Positions 20,861 through 33,510 of a stretch of 64,000 nt of DNA are shown one piece after another. Made by a program: the position numbers and the translations under genes. The notes below the pieces were generated by a model, which saw only the letters and a program-made list of their open reading frames with translations, made no database searches and was not told where the DNA came from. Every line of letters starts with the position of its first letter. Position 1 is the stretch's first letter. The DNA is from Macrostomum hystrix (Eukaryota; Animalia; Platyhelminthes), in NCBI GenBank assembly GCA_950097015.1, contig CATNEN010000038.1:10788001-10852000 (forward strand), in the 5' to 3' direction.

Positions 20861-21495
20861 AAGGCTCGTTCGCGCTGCTATCAAACACGAAAATCGGCTA
20901 AAAAACGCGTATGTACATTTTTATGACCATTCATTTGAAAAGCACACTCGAAATCGAGTCCATTAAAGACGGCGTAAACAAGTATTTTGGGACGGGGTAT
21001 TCCCCAAAATGGGTTATTGGCATGGCAGGCCCCATTGAACCTTCTCTCTACGTCTGTCTGCTAATTCGCATGGCAAGCTAGGAATATTTGTGCAACTTTT
21101 GAAAACTTTTGAAATCCCGGCGCTAGAGCTAGGAAAAATTTAATCTGAAGTACGAGCTATAGTTTAGTATTATAGACTAGCGATATTAACCCCCTCTACT
21201 TGAACTACTTCAACTTTAATATAAGCTCTTTAATAGTGTAGTTTTGTTTGTTTCGCTTTAGGCTTCTAAAAAATGCTGGACTGGCTGCTGCGGCTTATTG
21301 ACTTGAAATTTCGAGTATAATACGCCGTATCCAGCAGCTCTGATTGGCTAGAAATCAGTACTAGTGAAGCCATTGGGTCCCATACACCCTGCCATATTTT
21401 CCTCTTTTTTCCTGGCGCCAACTTGCCTACAAATTTCGCGATCAGCTGCCGCGCAGTGGTTTCAGGTAAATTAAAAATTCAGTTTTATCACGGCC

Positions 21496-22692
21496 ATGTC
21501 GAAATCTGGCAAAGGTCGCGTTGCCAAGGTCCAAGAGGTCAGCAGCAGTCGGGGCTCGACTACCACGGCCACGGAGGAGGAGGAAGACGAAGCCGATGCC
21601 GCCGAGAAGCTGCAGCAGAAGCAGAAGACTCGCCAGCGCCTGCAGCGCTCATTCTCGCTGGTGCCAGAGCGGCTGGCCGGCGCTGGCGGCGGCGGAGTCG
21701 CGGGCATCAGCGGCCAATCAGTCAGCGGCCTGCTGCGGAAGCCGGCCTCTCGGATGCAGCTGTGCGAAGCGGTGCTCCAGGTGCTAATTGTGTGCCTGGT
21801 TGTGCTCACGTTCCCATTTTCATGTGTGTTCTGCCTGAAGGTCGTGGCCCAGTACGAGCGGGCCGTGGTGTTCCGCCTCGGCCGCATCCGCAGCGCCGAA
21901 GCCAGCGGACCCGGGATGGTGTTCCTCCTGCCCTGCATCGACACCGTCAAGGTCGTGGACCTGCGCACCATGACCTTCGATGTGCCCACCCAGGAGGTGC
22001 TGACTAACGACTCAGTGACTGTGGCAGTGGAGGCTGTTGTGTACTACAGAATCTTCGACCCCGTCATGTCTGAGGTTAACGTCGAGGACTGCAGCCGGTC
22101 AACGAAGCTGCTAGCGCAGACGACGCTTCGCAATGTGCTGGGCACCGCCAGCCTGTACCAGCTGCTGGCTGGTCGGGACGAATCCGCCCTGCTGATGCAG
22201 GAGACGCTGGACGCCGCCACCGACACCTGGGGTGTCAAGGTCGAACGCGTCGAGATCAAGGATGTCCGCCTGCCGACGCAGCTCCAGCGGGCGATGGCGG
22301 CGGAGGCGGAAGCGGCCAGGGAAGCCCGCGCCAAGGTGATCGCGGCCGAGGGCGAGGAGAAGGCCAGCAAGGCGTTGAAGGCTGCCGCAATTGAGCTGTC
22401 CGAGTGCGGCGTGGCGCTGCAGCTGCGCTACCTGCAGACTCTGTGCAGCATCTCGGCTGAGAAGAACTCCACAATAATCTTCCCGCTGCCCATCGAGCTG
22501 TTGAGAATGTTCCAGACAGACGAGCATGGCGCGAAGTCGCCTGACGGGCATGACGGCGGCCACGCTGACAGAACCAGCTGTTCCAGGCCAGTGGTGACCA
22601 CCTGCAGTACTGGGCCCGGCCGAAATTCAGTGCGTGTTCAGCAGCAGCAGCCGTTGTCCGGGGCCAGCAGCAGTCTGGAATCCGGATGCTGA
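21496..22692 (+). CDS. Stomatin / MEC-2-like SPFH (band 7) membrane protein, 398 aa, single exon
   Basis: Hydrophobic hairpin VLTFPFSCVFCLKVV; motifs YERAVVFRLG, LPCID, DLRT..FDVP.QEVLT.DSVTV, WGVKVERVEIKDV, AMAAEAEA.REARAKVIAAEGE, LQLRYLQTL..I.AEKNSTIIFPLP. Confidence 0.93.
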   Translation: MSKSGKGRVAKVQEVSSSRGSTTTATEEEEDEADAAEKLQQKQKTRQRLQRSFSLVPERLAGAGGGGVAGISGQSVSGLLRKPASRMQLCEAVLQVLIVCLVVLTFPFSCVFCLKVVAQYERAVVFRLGRIRSAEASGPGMVFLLPCIDTVKVVDLRTMTFDVPTQEVLTNDSVTVAVEAVVYYRIFDPVMSEVNVEDCSRSTKLLAQTTLRNVLGTASLYQLLAGRDESALLMQETLDAATDTWGVKVERVEIKDVRLPTQLQRAMAAEAEAAREARAKVIAAEGEEKASKALKAAAIELSECGVALQLRYLQTLCSISAEKNSTIIFPLPIELLRMFQTDEHGAKSPDGHDGGHADRTSCSRPVVTTCSTGPGRNSVRVQQQQPLSGASSSLESGC

Positions 22693-22869
22693 TTTTGTGT
22701 TATCTGAATTAAACTTTCAAATTTTTTTGTTTTCTAAGATAGCGGCGCAAGTTTTGGTTTTACTTGAGCCCTACTAGTTTATTGATCGGTTTGAAAATGA
22801 TTGCAGTTTTGCTGGCCTAAATAAAATGAAGATTTATCCCGTATCCTATTAATAATAATCATCACCATC

Positions 22870-23000
22870 GGGTCAGCTGTGCAGCCGACAGCACAGTCGC
22901 AGCTAATGCTGGGTGAATTGAAGCAACGCATAGTGAAGTGTCTTGCTGAAGGACACAGACTATTTCTAGTAAAAATCTGAATCGAACCCTCGACCTTCAA
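22870..23000 (-). mobile_element. SINE family B (CORE-like) internally deleted fragment
   Basis: CAGCTAATGCTGGGTGAATTGAAGCAA..TCTTGCTGAAGGACACA..ATCGAACCC matches 63368-63657. Confidence 0.6.
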
Positions 23001-23919
23001 TAGTTATACTATGCTTATTATACAGTGTGTATATAATTACATTCTGTGTCTGGCTACGAAAAAAAATCGATAAAATGCAAACTTATTTATTTCGCGCCGT
23101 CCATTGCAGCTCATTTATTATTTGTTTTATTGTTAATCCACAGATTAGGGAGAACTAGAGTGGGCCATTGTTTCTCATTGAATCTTAAAGGGAAGGTTAG
23201 TCTGTCTCTAGTGGCGTTGGCCTAAAATTGAGCTGTCAAGTTGCCCGCAAGGGATCAGTTTTCTTTCTTTCCTTTGAAAATATTCTTTAGCCTCTTTAGC
23301 TGCAGAAATCCTGTGTCCCCGACTTCAAGCTTGACCATTAACACGCTAAATATCTTCCTAATCAGCTATTCCACCAACCCCTGTGGGACAGCTGCAGCGA
23401 CTGGGGCCTGGGGTGAGAAATCTCTGTGGTTCCCAAATTGACTGCTGGGATCTTAAGAGTCACTTTTTTATTTTAGTTGCCAGACAGGCAAATAGTGTTA
23501 CAACCGGTTTTGAGTAGTTTGAGTTCCAATCAGCTTGAGCACACACACACACACCCTGCAGTTTGAGAGCCAGCATAGGAATTATTTATGGACGACAATA
23601 TACCGTCATCGTTGGCGCATGCATCATTGCCAATATGGGCCAACAGCTCAAACACTGCTCAGCAGCGCCCAGTCCAGCTTTAATCTTTGATGCTTTAGTG
23701 AGGAACTCATGGGATTACGACTCTGCGTGAGCTGTGAGAGCTAATCTATCTTTCCAATTCCGGAGGCTGCAGTTTCTTTAGAAATCTTTCTTGCTCTAAG
23801 TCATTTTCCTAAGTGGGATGTTGGCAACTGGGGTTCGTATCCTAAGTGAGATACGAACCCCAGAACTCTCGGCTTAAAGTCTGAAGCTCTTACCAATGGG
23901 CTAAAACTTCTGTGGATTA

Positions 23920-25302
23920 TGAAGCAGGGTGTCTTAATCCCATTGTAGTTTATGATGCAGGGTGTCTTAATCCCATTGTAGTTTATGATGCAGGGTGTCT
24001 TAATCCCATTGTAGTTTATGATGCAGGGTGTCTTAATCCCATTGTAGTTTATGACGGAGGGTGTCTTAATCCCATTGTAGTTTATGAAGCAGGGTGTCTT
24101 AATCCCATTGCAGTCTATGACGGAGGGTGTCTTAATCCCATTGTAGTTTATGACGGAGGGTGTCTTAATCCCATTGTAGTTTATGGTGCAGGGTGTCTTA
24201 ATCCCATTGCAGTCTATGACGGAGGGTGTCTTAATCCCATTGTAGTTTATGACGGAGGGTGTCTTAATCCCATTGTAGTTTATGACGGAGGGTGTCTTAA
24301 TCCCATTGTAGTTTATGGTGCAGGGTGTCTTAATCCCATTGTAGTTTATGGTGCAGGGTGTCTTAATCCCATTGTAGTTTATGACGGAGGGTGTCTTAAT
24401 CCCATTGTAGTTTATGGTGCAGGGTGTCTTAATCCCATTGCAGTTTATGACGGAGGGTGTCTTAATCCCATTATAGTTTATGGTGCAGGGTGTCTTAATC
24501 CCATTGTAGCTTATGACGGAGGGTGTCTTAATCCCATTGTAGTTTATGAAGCAGGGTGTCTTAATCCCATTGTAGTTTATGACGGAGGGTGTCTTAATCC
24601 CATTGTAGTTTATGATGCAGGGTGTCTTAATCCCATTGCAGTTTATGACGGAGGGTGTCTTAATCCCATTGTAGTTTATGACGGAGGGTGTCTTAATCCC
24701 ATTGCAGTTTATGACGGAGGGTGTCTTAATCCCATTGTAGTTTATGGTGCAGGGTGTCTTAATCCCATTGTAGTTTATGACGGAGGGTGTCTTAATCCCA
24801 TTGTAGTTTATGACGGAGGGTGTCTTAATCCCATTGTAGTTTATGACGGAGGGTGTCTTAATCCCATTGTAGTTTATGATGCAGGGTGTCTTAATCCCAT
24901 TGTAGTTTATGGTGCAGGGTGTCTTAATCCCATTGTAGTTTATGACGGAGGGTGTCTTAATCCCATTGTAGTTTATGATGCAGGGTGTCTTAATCCCATT
25001 GTAGTTTATGGTGCAGGGTGTCTTAATCCCATTGTAGTTTATGACGGAGGGTGTCTTAATCCCATTGTAGTTTATGACGCAGGGTGTCTTAATCCCATTG
25101 TAGTTTATGACGGAGGGTGTCTTAATCCCATTGCAGTTTATGACGGAGGGTGTCTTAATCCCATTGTAGTTTATGGTGCAGGGTGTCTTAATCCCATTGT
25201 AGTTTATGACGGAGGGTGTCTTAATCCCATTGTAGTTTATGGTGCAGGGTGTCTTAATCCCATTGCAGTTTATGACGGAGGGTGTCTTAATCCCATTGTA
25301 GT
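23920..25302. repeat. 33-bp minisatellite GGGTGTCTTAATCCCATTGTAGTTTATGACGGA
   Basis: About 42 tandem copies; accounts for the 488-aa repeat ORF. Confidence 0.96.
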
Positions 25303-25624
25303 TAATGGTCTGTTAATACCATTGCCAAAAAATAAGTCAATATGGTTTAAGCAAAGCCTAAGGTTTAGCACAAAATAGTTTCGATAGAACTTTTCCGATT
25401 TTAATCGCTTGAATCTAAGCCTAAGGTCTCCAGGGAATCAGTTGAGGTCCTAGCTCGATACGGAAAATTCGATGAGTCTTCCGCGGCAGTTCTTTGAGCA
25501 CACACTGTGAGTACTGTTGAGCAAAACTCCGAGGTATATTTTTATTCAAGAAAATCTTAGAAGATATATTTATATATGATTGAGGCAATGAAGGATTAAA
25601 AAATTGGGGTAATGACCAAATTTA

Positions 25625-26310
25625 AGACTGGGCTAATGACTGATCTTTTGACTGGGGTGGTATCCTATTCGAGACTGGGTAATGACCGATTCAAGACTGG
25701 GTAATGACCGATCTGAAAACGGGTAATGACCTATTCGAGACTGGGTAATGACCGATTCAAGACTGGGTAATGACCGATCTGAAAACGGGTAATGACCTAT
25801 TCGAGACTGGGTAATGACCGATTCAAGACTGGGTAATGACCGATTCAAGACTGGGTAATGACCGATTCAAGACTGGGTAATGACCGATTAAAGACTGGGT
25901 AATGACCGATCTGAAAACGGGTAATGACCTATTCGAGACTGGGTAATGACCGATTCAAGACTGGGTAATGACCGATTCAAGACTTGGTAATGACTGATTC
26001 AAGACTGGGTAATGACTGATTCAAGACTGGGTAATGACTGATTCAAGACTGGGTAATGACCGATTCAAGACTGATTCAAGACTGGGTAATGACCGATTCA
26101 AGACTGATTCAAGACTGGGTAATGACTGATTCAAGACTGGGTAATGACTGATTCAAGACTGGGTAATGACTGATTCAAGACTGGGTAATGACTGATTCAA
26201 GACTGGGTAATGACCGATTAAAGACTGGGTAATGACCGATCTGAAAACGGGTAATGACCTATTCGAGACTGGGTAATGACCGATTCGAGACTGGGGTAAT
26301 GACAGATCTT
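25625..26310. repeat. 22-bp minisatellite GACTGGGTAATGACCGATTCAA
   Basis: Direct tandem copies. Confidence 0.95.
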
Positions 26311-26754
26311 AATTTTTTAAGTTAATACATTATTCTCTACTAAAGCGACCTTTAAGTGGGCCTGTGTGTTTTTCTAGCGCACGTAGAATATACAATTTAC
26401 TAGAAATAAAATTGCTGCCCACTTTATCGCGACCACGAGGGTTGAGGGTCGCCATGGTTACTGTTGCTACGCATTTTTCTAGTTTCCTCCTCGGAATCAC
26501 TAATTTCAATTGGCTCTAGTTTCTCTTCCGGTTTTAGTTACTTCAATTGCATGCGCAGACGTGTTATTAGAATTTTTATCAACAATTTTTCACTCCATCC
26601 TATTTTCTTTATGGCGAAAAATGCCTGGCTTAGATTAATCAAAACATGGTCTCCCCAGAAAGCACACAGCATAATTACAGCCTACAGCCCAGTCGGGAAA
26701 CCAAATCTTCATACTCATAGAAACATTTTAGCTTTTATAAAAAAACGCCCGACT

Positions 26755-27859
26755 TTCCTAGAAACCCTTCTGCTTTCCTAGAAACCCTTCTGCTTTCCTA
26801 CAAACCCTTCTGCTAACCTAGAAACATTCTAATTTCCAAGAAACCCTTCTGCTTTCCTACAAACCCTTCTGCTTTCCTAGAAACCCTTCGGCTTTCCTAG
26901 AAACCCTTCTGCTTTTCTACAAACCCTTCTGCTTTCCTAGAAAGTCCCTTCTGCTTTCCTACAAACCCTTCTGCTAACCTAGAAACCTTCTACTTTCCTA
27001 GAAACCCTTCTGCTTTCCTACAAACCCTTCTGCTTTCCTAGAAACCCTTCGGCTTTCCTAGAAACCCTTCTGCTTTCCTAGAAACCCTTCTGCTTTCCTA
27101 CAACCCCTTCTGCTTTCCTACAAACCCTTCTGCTTTCCTAGAAACCCTTCGGCTTTCCTAGAAACCCTTCTGCTTTCCTAGAAACCCTTCTGCTTTCCTA
27201 CAACCCCTTCTGCTTTCCTAGAAACCTTCTGCTAAACTAGAAACCCTTCTGCTTTCCTAGAAACCTAGTTTCCTAGAAACCTTCTGCTAACCTAGAAACC
27301 CTTCTGCTAACCTAGAAACCCTTCTGCTTTCCTAAAAAGCATTCCAAGAAATCTAAGAAATGCGTTCCTTAAAACCATTTGGTTTTCCTTGATGCACTAT
27401 TGGTTATCTAAACCCGGGCTTTCCTAGATACCCCTAGGCTTTCCTAGAAACCCCTAGGCTTTCCTAGAAATCCCTAGGCTTTCCTAGAAACCCCTCGGCT
27501 TTCCTAGAAACCATATGGCTTCCTTTGAAGCACTTCTGGCTTTCAATACCCTCGCTTTTCTAAAAACACTTCAGCTTTCATAGAAACCTAGAAACCCTTC
27601 GGCTTTCGTAAAAATCCCTTGCATTTTTAGAAACTCCTTCAGACTTTGTAAACAGTCGGTTTTACAAAAACCCTTTGAATTTCCTAAAAAACCATAAAAT
27701 TTCCTTTCTGCCTTTCTAGAAATATTACAGCTTTCCCAATTTGATTTTCTAGACATCTAGGACCTTTCCTAGAAATCTCGGTGTTTTCCTAGAAACCCCG
27801 GAGCTTACTATACGACCTTTGCTAGAACCCCACGGCTTTCCTAGAAAACGCCGGACCGT
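26755..27859. repeat. 20-bp minisatellite CCCTTCTGCTTTCCTAGAAA (left arm of an inverted pair)
   Basis: Clean copies to ~27330, degenerate copies to ~27850. Confidence 0.9.
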
Positions 27860-28009
27860 CCCCCATCAGCCAGGCTTAAAGGCCAGCCTCTTATAAGGTC
27901 GCTTATCTAAAGCCCTCCGCTGGCCCATAGGCTGTTTTCCCAGAGTGGCCACTGCAAATGTTACAGCCGCCAAGCCATTCTGATATCTTGGCCTACAATC
28001 TGTAACCAT

Positions 28010-28010
<1 letters not shown>

Positions 28011-28044
<34 letters not shown>

Positions 28045-28045
28045 T
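28011..28045. repeat. (CAG)n microsatellite
   Basis: About 11 CAG units. Confidence 0.9.
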
Positions 28046-28776
28046 GACTGTTAAAGAACTGTCTGGACCATCAGCTTGGAAAAACTGCGTCCCTATGCAA
28101 CAACACCCCCTTAGTTGCTGGCGCCTTTAACAGCCACAGTTCTTCCCGTTTTACTTGCTTATAGAGATTGCACTTTCGATCGCTAAATTACTTAATACAG
28201 TGAGTCAGCGAATCTTGCATACGCTGTACTGTGTTAATTGTTCTAACAAAAACACATCTGTGAATTAGGGCGATGCAGGAGAGAATTCTGATTTCCCGGA
28301 TCCTGGGGGTGGGGGAACATCGAACCCGAGCTGGCCCCTTTCTCTTCTTTTTCGTTTCGGTCGATGGGAGTTTTTTCGACTGGGAAATCTAAAGTGTAGG
28401 GATATAGATATGGACGCAGATTTGGCAATTTCTAGACTGGGGATCGGATTGGGTCTTGGCTATAGCAATATTGGGAATTACTACTACAATTTTTCTTCCC
28501 TAGAAACTAGACTATTGAAGTGCTTGACGGCCCGTGCAGATGTAACTTTCCTATGTCTCTGGCGCGGCATACGAAACCGCATGCGACCAGACTTAACCCT
28601 CCTATCCGGATTCTCTGACCAATGTCTACTTGCTGCTATCTAAGCCTGCATCTGCTTGTGCTTATCTTAACTGTGTCGATGATGTCGTTGGTTGACAAAT
28701 TTTGCTTTCTATTTCTGCTAACTCGCGCTTCTGGGCATTAGTGGATGTCTGACTGAGCGAATGGATAATTATTTGA

Positions 28777-29224
28777 ACGATCCGGCCATTTCTAAGGAAA
28801 AGCTTTGGTTTCTGAGAAAGCCGTTGTGTTTCTGGGAAAGCTGTATGATTTCTAGGAAAGCCGTTGGGTTTATATGAAAGCTGTACGACTTCTTGGAAAG
28901 CCCTTGAATTTCTAAGAAAGCCGTTTTATTTCTGGAAAAGCCGTTGGGTTTCTGGGAAAGCCGTTGGGTTTCTGGGAAAGCCGTTGGGTTTCTGGGAAAG
29001 CCGTTGGGTTTCTGGGAAAGCTGTTGGGTTTCTGGGAAAGCCGTTGGGTTTCTGGGAAAGCCGTTGGGTTTCTGGGAAAGCCGTTGGGTTTCTGGGAAAG
29101 CCGTTGGGTTTTCTGGGAAAGCCGTTGGGTTTCTGGGAAAGCCGTTGGGTTTCTGGGAAAGCCGTTGGGTTTCTGGGAAAGCCGTTGGGTTTCTGGGAAA
29201 GCCTTGGAGTTTCTAGGAAAGCTT
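28777..29224. repeat. 20-bp minisatellite TTTCTGGGAAAGCCGTTGGG (right arm, reverse-complement relative of the 26755 array)
   Basis: Reverse complement CCCAACGGCTTTCCCAGAAA versus left-arm variant CCCTTCGGCTTTCCTAGAAA. Confidence 0.9.
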
Positions 29225-29919
29225 TGTGTCCAGTGTGTTAAAATGTATCCTTAATTGTTGCTCTTTTAAGCTGGACGTATATATATCTAAATATATAATC
29301 AGTTAACTATGAAATAAGGGCGCATTTTAAATACGGAATTTCCTAGAACTCGTGCATATCGGAACAGATCGTTCAATCTTGCGTCTGTCCAGTTAGAATT
29401 TTTGTTTCACACAATCCCTGTCCTTGAAGGCTAGTCTAAAGCCTGAAGCTTTGATTGATCGATCAAATTAACCTGTCTAAGAAGCGGTGAGTCACTCTTT
29501 CTCTGTAGCTCTTTTTTAAATTGTCGTAATCCCTAATTCCGGAATTAATTTGTTTAGAAAAGTTACATCGAACTGCTGCGCCTCAGACTGCCAATGATAG
29601 TCCATATATGGAGTACCTCCTGTTATTTAGCTTATATCGGCCCATATATTTTTGCATTTTGCAGTTGCATAGGAAAGGGAGTTAAATGATTGTCCGTAAA
29701 ATACCGCTACGTGTAGCCAGTTGCCCGGTCCATTTTGCGCGACTATCTATTTTGTGCCTGGCGTGAACTGACATTGCAAAATGTAGAAAAAATTGTTCTT
29801 GAATAGGTCCAGCTGCTTCAATTTATTTGCAACCAACAATTTTTATTATTTACAATGCGACGGACAACGTTAGCGAATGCTGAATTCCAGCTGCTAGCAC
29901 TCTGTCTCCTAACTCCCCG

Positions 29920-32310
29920 ATCTACTGTCTACCCCTCCATCTCTACTGTCTACCCCTCCATCTCTACTGTCTACCCCTCCATCTCTACTGTCTACCCTCC
30001 ATCTCTACTGTCTACCCCTCCATCTCTACTGTCTAACCTCTCTACTATCTACCCTCACTCTCTACTGTCTACCCTCCCTCTTTACTATCTACCCTCACTC
30101 TCTACTGTCTACCCTCCCTCTCTACTGTCTACCCTCACTCTCTACGTCTACCCTCACTCTCTACGTCTACCCTCACTCTCTACTGTCTACCCTCTCTCTC
30201 TACTGTCTACCCTCCCTCTTTACTATCCACCCTCACTCTCTACTGTCTACCCTCCCTCTCTACTGTCTACCCTCACTCTCTACGTCTACCCTCACTCTCT
30301 ACGTCTACCCTCACTCTCTACTGTCTACCCTCTCTCTCTACTGTCTACCCTCTCTCTCTACTGTCTACCCTCCCTCTTTACTATTTACCCTCACTCTCTA
30401 CTGTCTACCCTCCCTCTCTACTGTCTACCCTCACTCTCTACGTCTACCCTCACTCTCTACTATCTACCCTCCCTCTTTACTATCTACCCTCACTCTCTAC
30501 TGTCTACCCTCCCTCTCTACTGTCTACCCTCACTCTCTACGTCTACCCTCACTCTCTACGTCTACCCTCACTCTCTACTGTCTACCCTCTCTCTCTACTG
30601 TCTACCCTCCCTCTTTACTATTTACCCTCACTCTCTACTGTCTACCCTCCCTCTCTACTGTCTACCCTCACTCTCTACGTCTACCCTCACTCTCTACTAT
30701 CTACCCTCCCTCTTTACTATCTACCCTCACTCTCTACTGTCTACCCTCCCTCTCTACTGTCTACCCTCACTCTCTACGTCTACCCTCACTCTCTACGTCT
30801 ACCCTCACTCTCTACTGTCTACCCTCTCTCTCTACTGTCTACCCTCCCTCTTTACTATCTACCCTCACTCTCTACTGTCTACCCTCCCTCTCTACTGTCT
30901 ACCCTCACTCTCTACGTCTACCCTCACTCTCTACGTCTACCCTCACTCTCTACGTCTACCCTCACTCTCTACTGTCTACCCTCTCTCTCTACTGTCTACC
31001 CTCGCTCTCTACTGTCTACCCTCACTCTCTACGTCTACCCTCACTCTCTACTATCTACCCTCCCTCTCTACTGTCTACCCTCACTCTCTACGTCTACCCT
31101 CACTCTCTACGTCTACCCTCACTCTCTACTGTCTACCCTCTCTCTCTACTGTCTACCCTCCCTCTTTACTATCTACCCTCACTCTCTACTGTCTACCCTC
31201 CCTCTCTACTGTCTACCCTCACTCTCTACGTCTACCCTCACTCTCTACGTCTACCCTCACTCTCTACGTCTACCCTCACTCTCTACTGTCTACCCTCTCT
31301 CTCTACTGTCTACCCTCCCTCTTTACTATCTACCCTCACTCTCTACTGTCTACCCTCCCTCTCTACTGTCTACCCTCACTCTCTACGTCTACCCTCACTC
31401 TCTACGTCTACCCTCACTCTCTACTGTCTACCCTCTCTCTCTACTGTCTACCCTCGCTCTCTACTGTCTACCCTCACTCTCTACGTCTACCCTCACTCTC
31501 TACTATCTACCCTCCCTCTTTACTATCTACCCTCACTCTCTACTGTCTACCCTCCCTCTCTACTGTCTACCCTCACTCTCTACGTCTACCCTCACTCTCT
31601 ACGTCTACCCTCACTCTCTACTGTCTACCCTCTCTCTCTACTGTCTACCCTCGCTCTCTACTGTCTACCCTCACTCTCTACGTCTACCCTCACTCTCTAC
31701 TATCTACCCTCCCTCTTTACTATCTACCCTCACTCTCTACTGTCTACCCTCCCTCTCTACTGTCTACCCTCACTCTCTACGTCTACCCTCACTCTCTACG
31801 TCTACCCTCACTCTCTACTGTCTACCCTCTCTCTCTACTGTCTACCCTCCCTCTTTACTATCTACCCTCACTCTCTACTGTCTACCCTCCCTCTCTACTG
31901 TCTACCCTCACTCTCTACGTCTACCCTCACTCTCTACGTCTACCCTCACTCTCTACTGTCTACCCTCTCTCTCTACTGTCTACCCTCCCTCTTTACTATC
32001 TACCCTCACTCTCTACTGTCTACCCTCCCTCTCTACTGTCTACCCTCACTCTCTACGTCTACCCTCACTCTCTACGTCTACCCTCACTCTCTACTGTCTA
32101 CCCTCTCTCTCTACTGTCTACCCTCCCTCTTTACTATCTACCCTCACTCTCTACTGTCTACCCTCCCTCTCTACTGTCTACCCTCCCTCTCTACTGTCTA
32201 CCCTCACTCTCTACGTCTACCCTCACTCTCTACGTCTACCCTCACTCTCTACTGTCTACCCTCTCTCTCTACTGTCTACCCTCGCTCTCTATTGTCTACC
32301 CTCGCTCGCT
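29920..32310. repeat. 19/20-bp pyrimidine-rich minisatellite CTCTACTGTCTACCCTCACT
   Basis: Tandem variants; accounts for the 843-aa ORF. Confidence 0.96.
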
Positions 32311-32949
32311 ACTGTCTCTTATCTCCCTCCCAACTGTCTCATATCTCCCTCTCTACCGTCTCTTGTCCCCCTCTCCCTCACCCTAGTCTGTCCAGTCTCC
32401 CAAATCTTTTCTCTGCCCGGTATTCCTTTATCTACCTACCAAGAGAATTTTCACTCCAACCGAATTCCTATCCTGGCTATATTTGCTCGCACTTGAATCC
32501 CACTCCCAGTTCAAAAGGATCACAGCAAAATAATGTTGGACAGCCAGTGAAACTCACCATATGTCAAGCCAGCATTGGAGAGTGCTTTTTCCCAGAAAAA
32601 AATACTATTTTAAGTTGCGCTTATATCACAGTCATCACAGATAAGGTCTGACATGCCGATGACACTACACAGTGGCCCCTGTGTTCCCCCGGTGGCAATT
32701 TGTTTGGCCTCTTGCTGACGAACGACTGCTCTTCGTCTGCGGACTTTCTAGTCAGCCACTTAAATCCTTTGTTTGTTCGAGGTTCAAAAAAAAGACGAAA
32801 ACTTTTGACGTTTTGGGTTTCAATTTCTGCCAGTTGTCTTTTAGTTCGATTCGCGCACCTCAACTGTGGCCTGACTTGCCTCAGTTTTAACTTTCACCGC
32901 TTCTGACTTTTCAGTTTACCGCCTCCTTTCTAATTCTACCTTCGGTCTT

Positions 32950-33510
32950 TACCCTCTTTACCCTCTCTCCCTCTGTACCCTCTCTCCCTTTGTACCCTCT
33001 TTACCCTCTGTACCCTCTTTACCCTCTCTCCCTCTGTACCCCCTCTCCCTCTGTACCCTCTCTCCCTTTGTACCCTCTTTACCCTCTGTACCCTCTTTAC
33101 CCTCTCTCCCTCTGTACCCCCTCTCCCTCTGTACCCTCTGTACCCGCTTTACCCTCTCTCCCTCTGTACCCTCTGTACCCTCTTTACCCTCTCTCCCTCT
33201 GTACCCTCTGTACCCTCTCTCCCTCTGTACCCTCTGTACCCTCTTTACCCTCTCTCCCTCTGTACCCTCTGTACCCTCTCTCCCTCTGTACCCTCTCTCC
33301 CTCAATACACTCTGTACCCTCTCTCCCTCTGTACCCTCTCTCCCTCTGTACCCTCTCTCCCACTGTACCCCCTCTCCCTCTGTACCCTCTCTCCCACTGT
33401 ACCCCCTCTCCCTCTGTACCCTCTCTCCCTCTGTACCCTCTCTCCCACTGTACCCCCTCTCCCTCTGTACCCTCTCTCCCTCTGTACCCTCTCTCCCTCA
33501 GTACACTCTT
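32950..33510. repeat. Pyrimidine-rich TACCCTCTG / TACCCTCTCTCCCTCTG repeat
   Basis: Mixed 9- and 17-bp tandem units. Confidence 0.92.

Noticed and set aside
23829-23905. tRNA gene candidates here and at the SINE heads (20156, 62480, 63590)
   Set aside because: A and B boxes are present but no cloverleaf or acceptor stem. They are SINE heads; the one here is a fragment with a 13-bp inverted duplication of its B-box.
23912-25378. 488-aa ORF of GCLNPIVVYDG repeats; superficially CRISPR-like or repeat-protein-like
   Set aside because: A pure 33-bp tandem array that is stop-free by chance, with a GTG start, no unique spacers and no cas genes, in a eukaryotic context.
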